46,003 nucleotides of DNA from a virus (IMGVR_UViG_3300012041_000029:1-46003), one strand, 5' to 3'. Counted from the first letter of the stretch, positions 17,448 through 26,038 are shown. Notes: generated by a model from the sequence alone, not told the origin. Made by a program: numbers and translations.

Positions 17448-17957
17448 ATGGAAACTAGCAACACAGAAAACCAATCAGAAGTTGAATATTCTGTTGAAGC
17501 ACGTAATCGGAGAGCACGGATCTTCATACCCGAAGATGGTGGTTTTGTTCTATATCGATTCAGTATGAATCGGGATACAGGGAACATGGTACAGATTGGA
17601 CACTCTTACCAGCACGCCAACCGCGATGCTTTGGTCGCTGGTGCTGATCTGTGGGTTAACATGGGGGACTTGCAAAAATCAAATCTAAAGATTGCTGAAA
17701 CCCCGTTGTGGGATCAATGCATTTATAGTGAGCGCAACGATACCTATGCTGCGTACATCCATGCGGATTCACTGCAAAAAGAAACGTTTCTGTTGTATCG
17801 ATTCAAAAATGTGAGTCACCTTGACGGATATTGCGGGATAACTATCGGTTCTGACAACATTGACGCGCTGATTTCCGGGGCAGTGCGTTGGCTCAGAACA
17901 GGGGATATTGAGGTATCCAATGCGGCGGTTATCGCGGGGTCGGGGGTTGCCGAATGA
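17448..17957 (+). CDS. Hypothetical protein with an internal tandem duplication
   Basis: Two ~75-aa units: F.LYRF...DAL..GA..W...GD. Confidence 0.7.
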   Translation: METSNTENQSEVEYSVEARNRRARIFIPEDGGFVLYRFSMNRDTGNMVQIGHSYQHANRDALVAGADLWVNMGDLQKSNLKIAETPLWDQCIYSERNDTYAAYIHADSLQKETFLLYRFKNVSHLDGYCGITIGSDNIDALISGAVRWLRTGDIEVSNAAVIAGSGVAE

Positions 17958-18181
17958 ACTATGCTTTTTGGGCCAAATTCTTCGGCTTTGTGATGCTGAT
18001 GTGTGGCGGCATAGCGTTTGGACTGGTGCTCTATATCGTTATGTCGTTACTTGAATGGCCGCCAGCTAAGTGCAAATGTGTGGAAACCGACACACAATAC
18101 CAGATCGAAATCATGAATGATGGGGCGGAACGTTCCCTGTTGGTTGACGGTGGTCAACTGACTGAAATGGGGCGTAAGTGA
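17954..18181 (+). CDS. Small membrane protein
   Basis: N-terminal hydrophobic helix; ATGA coupling. Confidence 0.55.
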   Translation: MNYAFWAKFFGFVMLMCGGIAFGLVLYIVMSLLEWPPAKCKCVETDTQYQIEIMNDGAERSLLVDGGQLTEMGRK

Positions 18182-18387
18182 TGTCCCAACCTATTGATTG
18201 GTGGAATCGCTGTTTTGATTGCGAGGTCATGGGTCAGCAATACACAGCAAAGGTTAGCGTGGGCGGCAAGGATCGGTATTTCCGAGTCGAAGAGAGCGAA
18301 CGTCATGAATTCGTTGAATGGTTGCGTGCCGAAGGCGAGAAAATTGCGCCGGGGAAGGTGTCTATTTCAGTTGAGGAGCATGATTGA
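18178..18387 (+). CDS. Hypothetical protein
   Basis: Coupled; CxxC. Confidence 0.5.
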   Translation: MMSQPIDWWNRCFDCEVMGQQYTAKVSVGGKDRYFRVEESERHEFVEWLRAEGEKIAPGKVSISVEEHD

Positions 18388-18659
18388 TGCCGCTGAACCT
18401 GGATGACATTGAGACACGTATTTCACAATCGCGTCAGGACGTCCCGGCACTAATCGCAGAAGTGCGGTTGTTGCGTGACATTCTGGACACTATGGTGGAC
18501 GTTCAGCCAGACGACCCAACGACTCTAGCGGAACGGGTCAAAGTGTTGGAAAATGCCATGCAATACGCTATCTATTGGTTGTTACCTGGCACATCTCCTG
18601 GTAACGGGACGGGTGTGTATCGAGTATTAGCCAAGGCGCTAAGGGGTGGTCATTCATGA
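18384..18659 (+). CDS. Hypothetical phage protein (DVPALIAEVR motif)
   Basis: SD GAGGAG; common phage helical motif. Confidence 0.6.
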   Translation: MMPLNLDDIETRISQSRQDVPALIAEVRLLRDILDTMVDVQPDDPTTLAERVKVLENAMQYAIYWLLPGTSPGNGTGVYRVLAKALRGGHS

Positions 18660-18973
18660 AACGGAAACTCGTCAAATTGGTCCTGACAGATTGTCTGGTA
18701 ACGTGTAGTAAAGAAGGGGAAAGTGGGTCAAAGTCATACGTCGGATGTTCGATTGTGGTCGGTCAAAAGGTCACTGAAATTACCCTGTCAAGCGGTGAAT
18801 GTTTCAAGTGGCGTTCATATTATGTCGTGGCCACGGGGACGGGGGTGGAAACAGGTAAACTTGTTTCGTTTACGCCGAAGGATATTAGGCGGCTAGTGCG
18901 TCGCGGAATATGGACCGATGCGGCACTGATTGAATCGATTTTAGGGGAAGAAAACCACAGGAGTGCGCTATGA
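18656..18973 (+). CDS. Hypothetical protein
   Basis: ATGA coupling. Confidence 0.55.
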   Translation: MKRKLVKLVLTDCLVTCSKEGESGSKSYVGCSIVVGQKVTEITLSSGECFKWRSYYVVATGTGVETGKLVSFTPKDIRRLVRRGIWTDAALIESILGEENHRSAL

Positions 18974-19108
18974 ATCAGCGGAACGGAAGTTTTGCCGCTA
19001 GACGTGAACAGATCCGACGTGAGAAACGGAACATTACCATTTTCGCGAACTATTTATGGGGATAAAGCAAGCCGGGTTGCTTTTCAATCAAACCAAAAGG
19101 GAACTACA

Positions 19109-19504
19109 ATGGATTACCTCTATTCAGTAATTAGCGCTGACAAGGAGCGCAAAGCAACGATCCATCAGGATAAGGAGGGGAATTTCATTACGCTGCGCTA
19201 TACAGAATATGCGGAAATTCCCGGGCGATTTGTACGGTTACCAGGTCATGTCACCCAACCTAGGCGATTATCGGCGGAAGTGTGTGCTGACGAATGGGTT
19301 GGCCCGCTGAATCAATATAGAGTTTTGTTTAGGTTGCATAATGGCGGTGAGGACCGCATCTATAATGTTCGAGCACATGGGATGGAACACGCTAAAGAGA
19401 GAGCCCTTGGTATGTTGGAAGGGAATTGGCATACGCCATCATACGAAATTCGGGCGGGGCGTGCGGCAGTTATGATTTCATTAGTGGAGTTAGGTAGTGA
19501 GTGA
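19109..19504 (+). CDS. Hypothetical two-module protein
   Basis: Leader AACCAAAAGGGAACT before ATG 19109. Confidence 0.6.
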   Translation: MDYLYSVISADKERKATIHQDKEGNFITLRYTEYAEIPGRFVRLPGHVTQPRRLSAEVCADEWVGPLNQYRVLFRLHNGGEDRIYNVRAHGMEHAKERALGMLEGNWHTPSYEIRAGRAAVMISLVELGSE

Positions 19505-19964
19505 TACATACGACGAGGAACAAATTCTGGCGATGATGGGTCATCGCCTGGACAGCAGAGACTTTGATCTGTTGGCACAACGATATTTCAAATCAACAGC
19601 GCGTTGTGCTGGTGGTCGTGTCGTGCTGGCGATGGGCGAGTGTGATCATTGTAAGTCGATGAGCCCATATCGAATTTGTAACGATCCACACAAAGACGCT
19701 GTGACACGCCTGATGACCAAATTGGAAGTCGATTACAATTTGGAAGAGGCGAAGGAACGGGCAACCAAGCCGAAAATGCGGTTCAGGGTCATCGCACGTC
19801 AATCCACAGGACGTTTAAGGGACGTATGGATGCTCACGGTTGATGCGATTGACGCACGCGATGCTGGACGTCTAGCAATGAAGGAATTTGCTATTCAGGA
19901 TGACCAAATCAATTCCAGAGTGACGTCTGGGGAATTGCAAATAATCGTTGAAAAGATCGCTTGA
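19497..19964 (+). CDS. Hypothetical protein
   Basis: Overlaps the upstream stop; CDHC. Confidence 0.55.
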   Translation: MSDTYDEEQILAMMGHRLDSRDFDLLAQRYFKSTARCAGGRVVLAMGECDHCKSMSPYRICNDPHKDAVTRLMTKLEVDYNLEEAKERATKPKMRFRVIARQSTGRLRDVWMLTVDAIDARDAGRLAMKEFAIQDDQINSRVTSGELQIIVEKIA

Positions 19965-19997
19965 CATAATCCGAATGTGTTGTTATTATAGTGTACA
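19961..19997 (+). promoter_or_regulatory. Conserved phage promoter copy 5
   Basis: TTGACA-17-TATTAT-agTGTACA, then hairpin GGGTC/GACCC and leader AACCAGTAAGGAAA. Confidence 0.88.
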
Positions 19998-20041
19998 TAA
20001 GGGTCGTCGTTGACCCGATTACAACCAGTAAGGAAATCACT

Positions 20042-20359
20042 ATGGACAACAAGACACAGCGCACTATTGATAGATTGACTGATAGGGCTGGCAATCACGT
20101 TATTGACGGTAACAATTCATTAACAGCAATTGCAAAGACATTACGCAAAACATTGAATCACATTGATCAGTGTGTGGCGGTTATGTCGAATAGCCCGTCA
20201 GTTGATGATATGCTCCTTAAGTCGGAAGAGCTTTGTCGTTCGGCTGAAGAGTTAGGTGGTATTGTTGCGGCGATGGGTTCAGCGGCGCGTGAATACAGTC
20301 AAGCGCACGGGACTTATCATGCTGTTCAACAAATTCTGCTGTCAGAGGGTGAGAAATAG
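20042..20359 (+). CDS. Hypothetical coiled-coil protein
   Basis: ATG 20042 follows TAAGGA. Confidence 0.65.
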   Translation: MDNKTQRTIDRLTDRAGNHVIDGNNSLTAIAKTLRKTLNHIDQCVAVMSNSPSVDDMLLKSEELCRSAEELGGIVAAMGSAAREYSQAHGTYHAVQQILLSEGEK

Positions 20360-20400
20360 GCATACTAGTTATGCGTTTGCCTCACGACACGGGGCACTAT

Positions 20401-20488
20401 GGTATTGCACGCAGGCACGGCGACCTGACGGCTAGTGATGGCCGCCCCGATTGGGGGGTGACTCGGTTCGATTCCGGGGCAATACCCA
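20401..20488 (+). ncRNA. tRNA-like RNA 1 (8-bp acceptor, long variable arm, aberrant anticodon loop)
   Basis: Acceptor GGTATTGC/GCAATACC; D-like arm CAGG/CCTG; CGGCT/GGCCG closing a 6-nt loop; CCCC-GATT-GGGG; T-arm CTCGG-TTCGATT-CCGGG. Confidence 0.65.
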
Positions 20489-20657
20489 TGCACCATAGAA
20501 ACCGATGATGGTTCTGCGGTCTAATTAACCGATGGCTTAGTAGGCGGGCGCAGAGGATAGTCCGATGTAGCTGAAGCGATGCGCTGTTTAGATACAAACG
20601 CCGAAAAGTTTACCTGACTGACAGGGTGTGCCAGGTTCGTTGCCTGGATGGTGCGCA
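20489..20657 (+). ncRNA. tRNA-like RNA 2 with a ~95-nt expanded variable region
   Basis: Acceptor TGCACCAT/ATGGTGCG; D-like AACC/GGTT; anticodon-like arm CGGT-CTAATTA-ACCG; T-arm CCAGG-TTCGTTG-CCTGG. Confidence 0.55.
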
Positions 20658-20672
20658 TGATATTTTAGGAGC

Positions 20673-20993
20673 ATGGCAATGTTTGACGTTGATCACTTCA
20701 TCAAGAAATTCCAAGCTATTCCTGACGACAAAATGTTCGTTGGAAACTATGTGAATCAGTTAGACCATACTCAGCGGTGTGCGTTGGGTCATTGTGGAAC
20801 GATTATCAATGGGTGTTTTGTGGATACTCCAGAATCAGAGGCCTTGCGGAAATTGTTTCTATATAATTTGAATCGTGTGACTGTCATGGACATTAATGAT
20901 AATCCGGCACCGTACTTACATCAGTTTGAAGGGGTTTTGCCGAAAGAACGCATACTTAATGCACTTCAGTCACTTAAGGCGGCGCAATCGTAA
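20673..20993 (+). CDS. Hypothetical phage protein (possibly DUF6197-like)
   Basis: SD AGGAG; CALGHCG...IND...ERILNAL. Confidence 0.65.
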   Translation: MAMFDVDHFIKKFQAIPDDKMFVGNYVNQLDHTQRCALGHCGTIINGCFVDTPESEALRKLFLYNLNRVTVMDINDNPAPYLHQFEGVLPKERILNALQSLKAAQS

Positions 20994-21165
20994 TGTTCTG
21001 GCTATGTGAACTTTGCAATCAGTACCACGATGAGGGCGGGCGTATTATCCCCGGTTCTACTGTCCAGAAAAGCTATCATCAGGTATGTTGGGAAATACGC
21101 AAACAGCAATTCGTCAAACATCCCGACGAAACACGCTCCAAACCCACGCCAAAAAAGGCAAAATC

Positions 21166-21522
21166 ATGACCGTTGGCGATCTATTGACCAAGGAAATCGA
21201 ACGGAAGGCGTCCAATGTCGTCTCGACTCCGTGGAAGACAATGAAATTGCTGACCAAGGCGGCTATGTCATTGCCTGAACCGTATCGCCATGAATTTGAC
21301 GACGATGCGTCGCTGGAATACCGCAAATTGGTTGGCAAATCAGGGCGCTATTTGCAATGGCGTTCGAGGCTGAACCCGTATGCGAAGGCGGGTCTGGGAA
21401 ACGAGCAGACATCCAAGGGCGTAGTTGTTTATGTTTCAACTGAACCCGTCGAAGACTTGCCGGGGACGTGGGCAGAAGAATCGTCCACAGGGACATTTAT
21501 CATGCAAGACTGGTCATTCTAA
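21166..21522 (+). CDS. Hypothetical protein
   Basis: AAGG upstream of ATG 21166; TAATG coupling to the primase. Confidence 0.55.
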   Translation: MTVGDLLTKEIERKASNVVSTPWKTMKLLTKAAMSLPEPYRHEFDDDASLEYRKLVGKSGRYLQWRSRLNPYAKAGLGNEQTSKGVVVYVSTEPVEDLPGTWAEESSTGTFIMQDWSF

Positions 21523-23171
21523 TGGGATTCAAGCGGGAATGGCTGAATCGACTGCGCGAGGCAATTCACTTGCCTGATATGGTGGGCGAATACGTCGAAT
21601 TGAAACGCAACGGCGCGTCAATGAAGGGCCTGTGTCCGTTTCATGCTGAAAAGACAGGCTCCTTCCATGTTTTCCCTGACCATTATCACTGTTACGGTTG
21701 TGCGGCACATGGTGACGCGATTCAATTCATTCAGGAACGTGACGGACTGTCGTTTGGTGAGGCTGTTGAGCACGTCGCACAGCGAGCCGGGTTGCAACCG
21801 GAATACGACGGCAATCATCAGCGAAATTCCACGAGTAATTTGGACATCATGGAGGCAGCGGCGGCGGTATTTGAGACAGGGTATGCCAATTCGCGTGTTA
21901 CACAGAATTACGTCACTGATCGGGGTGTTCGGGATGACATCGCGAAAGAATTCCGTATTGGATATGCGCGTGACACACACGATTGGTTTGAAAAGGCCAT
22001 GAAAACGCAATTTGTGCCGAAAGAACTGATCGAGGCTGGACTGATGTCAGTGTCTAGTCAGGGGGGGAGCTATCCGTTTTTCCGTGGTCGTCTGATCATC
22101 CCGATTCGTAACGCCAGGGGGCGTGTTGTCGGGTTCGGAGGGCGTACACTATCGGTTGAAAAAGACATACCGAAGTACATCAATTCTCGTGAGTCAGACG
22201 ACTTCAAAAAAGGGTCGCTGCTGTTTGGATTGGATCGGGTCAAATCGCGGGTCGATAGGATCTATGTCGTCGAGGGTTATTTCGATGTCATCCTGATGTG
22301 GCAATCGGGGTTAGTGGCGGTTGCCCCAATGGGGACCGCGTTGACTGTTGACCACATCAAACTGCTGAAAGCACGCACGAACATGGCGATCCTGTTTTTC
22401 GATGCGGATCAGGCGGGGTTGGCGGCGGCTGAAAAATCTGTTCTGCTTATGGCCCAATGCGGGCTCGAATGTCGTGTTGGAATTTCCCAACCGGGTAAAG
22501 ATCCAGCGGATCTGATTCGCGAGAATGGCGGGGTTTGTCCAGGGCTGAATACTATTGGATCGGTTGGCTTTCTGTTGAATCGTATAACCGTTGGCGAACG
22601 TGCTGACGTATTGCGCGAGGCGGGGAAAATGTTCGCAATCCTGTCCAAAACACACCTTGACGGGGTGTTTGTGGATGGGTTGGCGAAATTGTTGGGGATG
22701 TCATCGCTAGATGTCCGGGCGTCAATTATGTCGGCCCCAAGCAAAGCGCGTCAGCAACACGGTTACGGTGCGCATGGGGTTGATATATTCATTATTGCGG
22801 CTCTACTGTTGGATCAGACGATCAGGGACAAATTCCTGGCACGGAATGGCGAAAAGTATCTTCGTACTCAGGAAGGAAGCAAATCGTGGGTGTGGATTCG
22901 GGACGCGGCAACACGCGGGAAAATTGACTTTACTATGCGCGATCAATTGCCTGTGAGTCAGTTATTCCGTGATGCGGTTCTGTTCGCGGCAAATTGCGTA
23001 TTCCCTGAAACAATGGTACGTGAATTCCGTCTTCGCATGGAATTACTTAGGTTAGAAAGCATACGCGGCGCTCTCGTATCGCAATTACGCGGCGGGGCAG
23101 ACGTAATGCCACAGCTTGAGGACGCAATACGCGAAATCGACGTTGTTCGGCGTGAATTAGGCTCTATTTAG
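21522..23171 (+). CDS. dnaG: DNA primase (DnaG type)
   Basis: CHC2 finger CPFHAEKTGSF...CYGC, FRGRLIIPI, GFGGR, PKYINS, TOPRIM VVEGYFDV and DADQAG, GKDPAD. Confidence 0.95.
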   Translation: MGFKREWLNRLREAIHLPDMVGEYVELKRNGASMKGLCPFHAEKTGSFHVFPDHYHCYGCAAHGDAIQFIQERDGLSFGEAVEHVAQRAGLQPEYDGNHQRNSTSNLDIMEAAAAVFETGYANSRVTQNYVTDRGVRDDIAKEFRIGYARDTHDWFEKAMKTQFVPKELIEAGLMSVSSQGGSYPFFRGRLIIPIRNARGRVVGFGGRTLSVEKDIPKYINSRESDDFKKGSLLFGLDRVKSRVDRIYVVEGYFDVILMWQSGLVAVAPMGTALTVDHIKLLKARTNMAILFFDADQAGLAAAEKSVLLMAQCGLECRVGISQPGKDPADLIRENGGVCPGLNTIGSVGFLLNRITVGERADVLREAGKMFAILSKTHLDGVFVDGLAKLLGMSSLDVRASIMSAPSKARQQHGYGAHGVDIFIIAALLLDQTIRDKFLARNGEKYLRTQEGSKSWVWIRDAATRGKIDFTMRDQLPVSQLFRDAVLFAANCVFPETMVREFRLRMELLRLESIRGALVSQLRGGADVMPQLEDAIREIDVVRRELGSI

Positions 23172-23180
23172 GAGAAAACT

Positions 23181-23702
23181 ATGCGTTCCATGTTATTCAT
23201 GATGTCCATTCTGCTGTTGATCTGCTGTGATGCCGAATCAGTGACGGCGGCAACGTCATTCAAGGCTGCTGTCAAATCGGTGTACGATGGTGACACCGTG
23301 ACCGCTATCGACGCTAATCAGAATGAATTCAAAATCCGTCTGTTGTGGATCGATACACCCGAGGTCAGCGGTAATGCACACGGGGCGAAAATGCCAGAGG
23401 GTGTGTTAGCACGGGAATTCCTGCGCACGTTTCTCCCTGTCAATGCGCAGATCACAGTCTGGTTCCCTAATTCGGTGAAAACTGACGCATACGGGCGTTA
23501 TTTGGCGGTCGTGCTGAACAATGGCAAATCAGCGCAGGAGGCAATCATTCGGGCGGGGTGGTCGCCGATATGGTGGAAATACGGGAAACCCGCCAAGGAC
23601 TATCGGCAGACATTGCAAGTAGCGGAAGATCAGGCCGATGCGGATAGTGCGGGAGCATGGGGAACGGCTCGTGCCTGGATGACTGCCAAAGGCGAGGAAT
23701 AA
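23181..23702 (+). CDS. Thermonuclease (SNase) with a signal peptide
   Basis: VYDGDTV, IRLLWIDTPE, DAYGRYLA; hydrophobic N-terminus ending in LLICC (possible lipobox). Confidence 0.9.
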   Translation: MRSMLFMMSILLLICCDAESVTAATSFKAAVKSVYDGDTVTAIDANQNEFKIRLLWIDTPEVSGNAHGAKMPEGVLAREFLRTFLPVNAQITVWFPNSVKTDAYGRYLAVVLNNGKSAQEAIIRAGWSPIWWKYGKPAKDYRQTLQVAEDQADADSAGAWGTARAWMTAKGEE

Positions 23703-23705
23703 TGA

Positions 23706-23895
23706 TTCACCCACCGTGTTAGCGCGGACAACAACGCGGTGGGGTCCATGTTGTCTCGATTGGTTCCGCGACTGATCGTCCTGAAACCTGGCTATATTCC
23801 TCCCACGATTAACTTTTCTCACGGGAGGAATACCTCGGGTTTTCCTTTCTGGTTCATGGCCTGCCCGCGCTTTGCGTTGGCGGGCCATTTTTTTT
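23706..23895 (+). ncRNA. Candidate structured sRNA/3'UTR with anti-leader segments
   Basis: Three hairpins (23710-23743; CGATTGGTT/GACTGATCG; ATTCCTCCC/GGGAGGAAT) plus a terminator. Linkers 23745-23755 and 23841-23854 are complementary to gene leaders elsewhere in the window. Confidence 0.45.
23856..23895 (+). terminator. Rho-independent terminator
   Basis: ATGGCCTGCC/GGCGGGCCAT stem followed by a T-run. Confidence 0.85.
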
Positions 23896-23925
23896 GAGAA
23901 ATTCTTCGCGAATTAGTGAAAACGC

Positions 23926-23962
23926 TTGACATAATTGATTCGTGTTGTTATTATAATGTACA
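23926..23962 (+). promoter_or_regulatory. Conserved phage promoter copy 6
   Basis: TTGACA-17-TATTAT-aaTGTACA, then hairpin GGGCAGCG/CGCTGTCT and leader AACCAGTAAGGAA. Confidence 0.88.
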
Positions 23963-24008
23963 TAGGGCAGCGATTGACGCTGTCTGATCAACCAGTAAGG
24001 AATACAAA

Positions 24009-24314
24009 ATGGACAATCAAAAAGAAACGACATTGAATGTTAGGTGGTATTACCACAGCAAAGCACGGCACGCTAATGGGTTGGCAGGATATGATGTTTT
24101 TCGCGCTTCGGATGTGAATGACGCGCTGAAATACATTGAGGTTGCAATAGCGCGTGACCTTAAGGCTGGGATTACACCAACCTATGGCGTCATTAATACG
24201 GGCCAGGATCTTCTATTGGTTGATGAAACAGGGGCGCAGGTCGGGGCTTTATCACAAAATCATTCGCTTTGGTTACCTGAGGATGTACAGGGATCATGGG
24301 ATCAGTTGGCATAG
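24009..24314 (+). CDS. Hypothetical early protein
   Basis: First gene after promoter copy 6; SD TAAGGA. Confidence 0.7.
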   Translation: MDNQKETTLNVRWYYHSKARHANGLAGYDVFRASDVNDALKYIEVAIARDLKAGITPTYGVINTGQDLLLVDETGAQVGALSQNHSLWLPEDVQGSWDQLA

Positions 24315-24352
24315 CATCCAAGGATAAGCAGCGCAATAGGAGGCGCAAGGCA

Positions 24353-24655
24353 ATGAAAGACACAATCAATGGCTTCGAATACAATACTGATGACTCAGCA
24401 CTAGTGGTGGATAACCGTTTAGGCTCACGCGATCAGTGCCTTTACCGAACAAAAGCCGGGGATTATTTCCTGTTGGAAATTACCGACGGTGATGGCTACG
24501 TTGATGAAAACAACGAGTTTGTGGATTGTTCCGAGGAAATTATCCCGCTAACGTACGAAGAGACTAAGCGTTGGCTGGAGGGTATTGAGGAAGACGAGGA
24601 CGGCAATGGTCCAGAGATTTCTGACGTTGAGGAATATCTAAGGTGGTGTCTGTGA
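24353..24655 (+). CDS. Acidic hypothetical phage protein
   Basis: SD AGGAGG; INGxxYNT...LYRTKxGxYFL...IIPLTYEE. Confidence 0.7.
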   Translation: MKDTINGFEYNTDDSALVVDNRLGSRDQCLYRTKAGDYFLLEITDGDGYVDENNEFVDCSEEIIPLTYEETKRWLEGIEEDEDGNGPEISDVEEYLRWCL

Positions 24656-24675
24656 ATCAGTTTAAGGGGTGTGTT

Positions 24676-24951
24676 ATGAACCGGAAAGTGCTCAAATCAA
24701 TCCGCATGGACGTGACCCGGTTGCGATCCTTACCAAATCGTGAAATTGTCATGGTCAACGTATACGGCGAGGTTGGTTCAACCAAATTCACGTATGAATC
24801 ACCGACTTTGACCGTTCATGGGGACAGGTTAGTTGACCTGTTGAAATTCCTGGACAGCGAGAACATGGTGATGTCGTCACAGGGTCACGAAAATTGGGTT
24901 CAGGGAAAGTATTGGACGAAAGTGGATTTCCACTTTGAATTTTCCGAATGA
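24676..24951 (+). CDS. Hypothetical protein
   Basis: SD AAGGGG before ATG 24676. Confidence 0.55.
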   Translation: MNRKVLKSIRMDVTRLRSLPNREIVMVNVYGEVGSTKFTYESPTLTVHGDRLVDLLKFLDSENMVMSSQGHENWVQGKYWTKVDFHFEFSE

Positions 24952-24955
24952 TTTA

Positions 24956-25019
24956 GCCGAAACCGGGACCTGTTCCGGTCATCGGGGGATTGACTCCCCG
25001 ATCTGACGAGGCAGTCAGT
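24956..25019 (+). ncRNA. Type II hammerhead ribozyme with pseudoknot
   Basis: Stem II GCC/GGC; GAAA 24959-62; stem III ACCGGGA/TTCCGGT; GUC cleavage triplet (C24980); stem I ATCGGGG/CCCCGAT; core CUGACGA 25003-09; loop TGACT pairs with 3' AGTCA. Confidence 0.9.
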
Positions 25020-25043
25020 AAACAACCAGTAAGGAAACAAACT

Positions 25044-25880
25044 ATGCACGTACCTGGACAATACCACACGACACCATTTATGTCACGCGATCAGCTAATG
25101 AAGGCGGCACCAACGCTGTTCGCTGAACGCCCTGCGGAACACATTTCAGCACGCTACAAATTCGCGTCAACATCATTGGTTCTCGACGAATTGGCCGAGG
25201 CAGGATGGGGCGCGGTCAAAGTGATGGCAAAGCGAGCCAACAAGGAGGAAAATATCGGCTTTGAAAAGCATGTTGTTCGAATGCGCAAACTAGACCAACA
25301 GCCTGTGCTTCAAGGCGAGATTCTGCCTGAACTGATCCTGACGAACAGCCACAACGGTGATACGGCGTTTCGATTCGACGCAGGAATTTATCGGTTGGTC
25401 TGTTCGAATGGTCTGACGGTTGCATCGGCGTCGGTTGCGTCAGCACGTCTGATTCATACGAAGTATGATTCGGGCGCGGCAATCGAGGCGGCGTCAACCG
25501 TGGCGGCAACGTTCGATAATGCGATTGATCTCGTTGAGCGAATGCGCAATCGCAAGATCGGCCATTTGGAAGCGGTTGAATTCGCCCGTGAATCGATGCT
25601 GGTCCGTTACGGCGAGCGTGATTGCGACGAGGAAGGCAACGAGCGAGCACATTGGCCTTTCGAACCTGAACGTCTGTTCCGTTTGCGACGGCGCAGCGAT
25701 GACACCACGACACTTTGGAACACATTCAACGTGGTTCAAGAGAATCTGGTGCGTGGCGGCATTCGTGGAATAAATGCGGCGGGGGATCGAACAACATCAC
25801 GAGGCATTAAGTCGGTTCAGACCCTAATGGACGTTAACACACGGCTGTGGACGTTAGCCGAAAACGCGCTAAACAACTAA
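25044..25880 (+). CDS. DUF932/DUF945-family protein
   Basis: APTLFAE, SARYKF, KHVVRMR, PELILTNSHNG, AGIYRLVCSNGL, LWNTFNVVQENLVRGG, NTRLWTLAE. Confidence 0.9.
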   Translation: MHVPGQYHTTPFMSRDQLMKAAPTLFAERPAEHISARYKFASTSLVLDELAEAGWGAVKVMAKRANKEENIGFEKHVVRMRKLDQQPVLQGEILPELILTNSHNGDTAFRFDAGIYRLVCSNGLTVASASVASARLIHTKYDSGAAIEAASTVAATFDNAIDLVERMRNRKIGHLEAVEFARESMLVRYGERDCDEEGNERAHWPFEPERLFRLRRRSDDTTTLWNTFNVVQENLVRGGIRGINAAGDRTTSRGIKSVQTLMDVNTRLWTLAENALNN

Positions 25881-25910
25881 ACTAGGGCGGATAGCGTTCC
25901 TTTTATCGGC

Positions 25911-25950
25911 ACCCCGTTCCACTTGGCAAGAGTGGGCGGGGTTTCTTTTT
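25911..25950 (+). terminator. Rho-independent terminator
   Basis: ACCCCGTTCCACT/AGTGGGCGGGGT stem followed by TTCTTTTT. Confidence 0.8.
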
Positions 25951-25961
25951 GTCAAAAATAA

Positions 25962-25998
25962 TGGACGTTTCTAACTATTGTTGTTATTATTGTGTACA
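25962..25998 (+). promoter_or_regulatory. Conserved phage promoter copy 7
   Basis: TGGACG-17-TATTAT-tgTGTACA, then hairpin CGACG/CGTCG and leader CCCAGTAAGGAAAA. Confidence 0.8.
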
Positions 25999-26038
25999 CG
26001 ACGATGACAACACGTCGAAACCCAGTAAGGAAAACAGC

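Noticed and set aside
20489-20657. tmRNA or tRNA-Sec call
   Set aside because: Too short for tmRNA, with no Ala-type acceptor or tag frame seen. There is no UCA anticodon.
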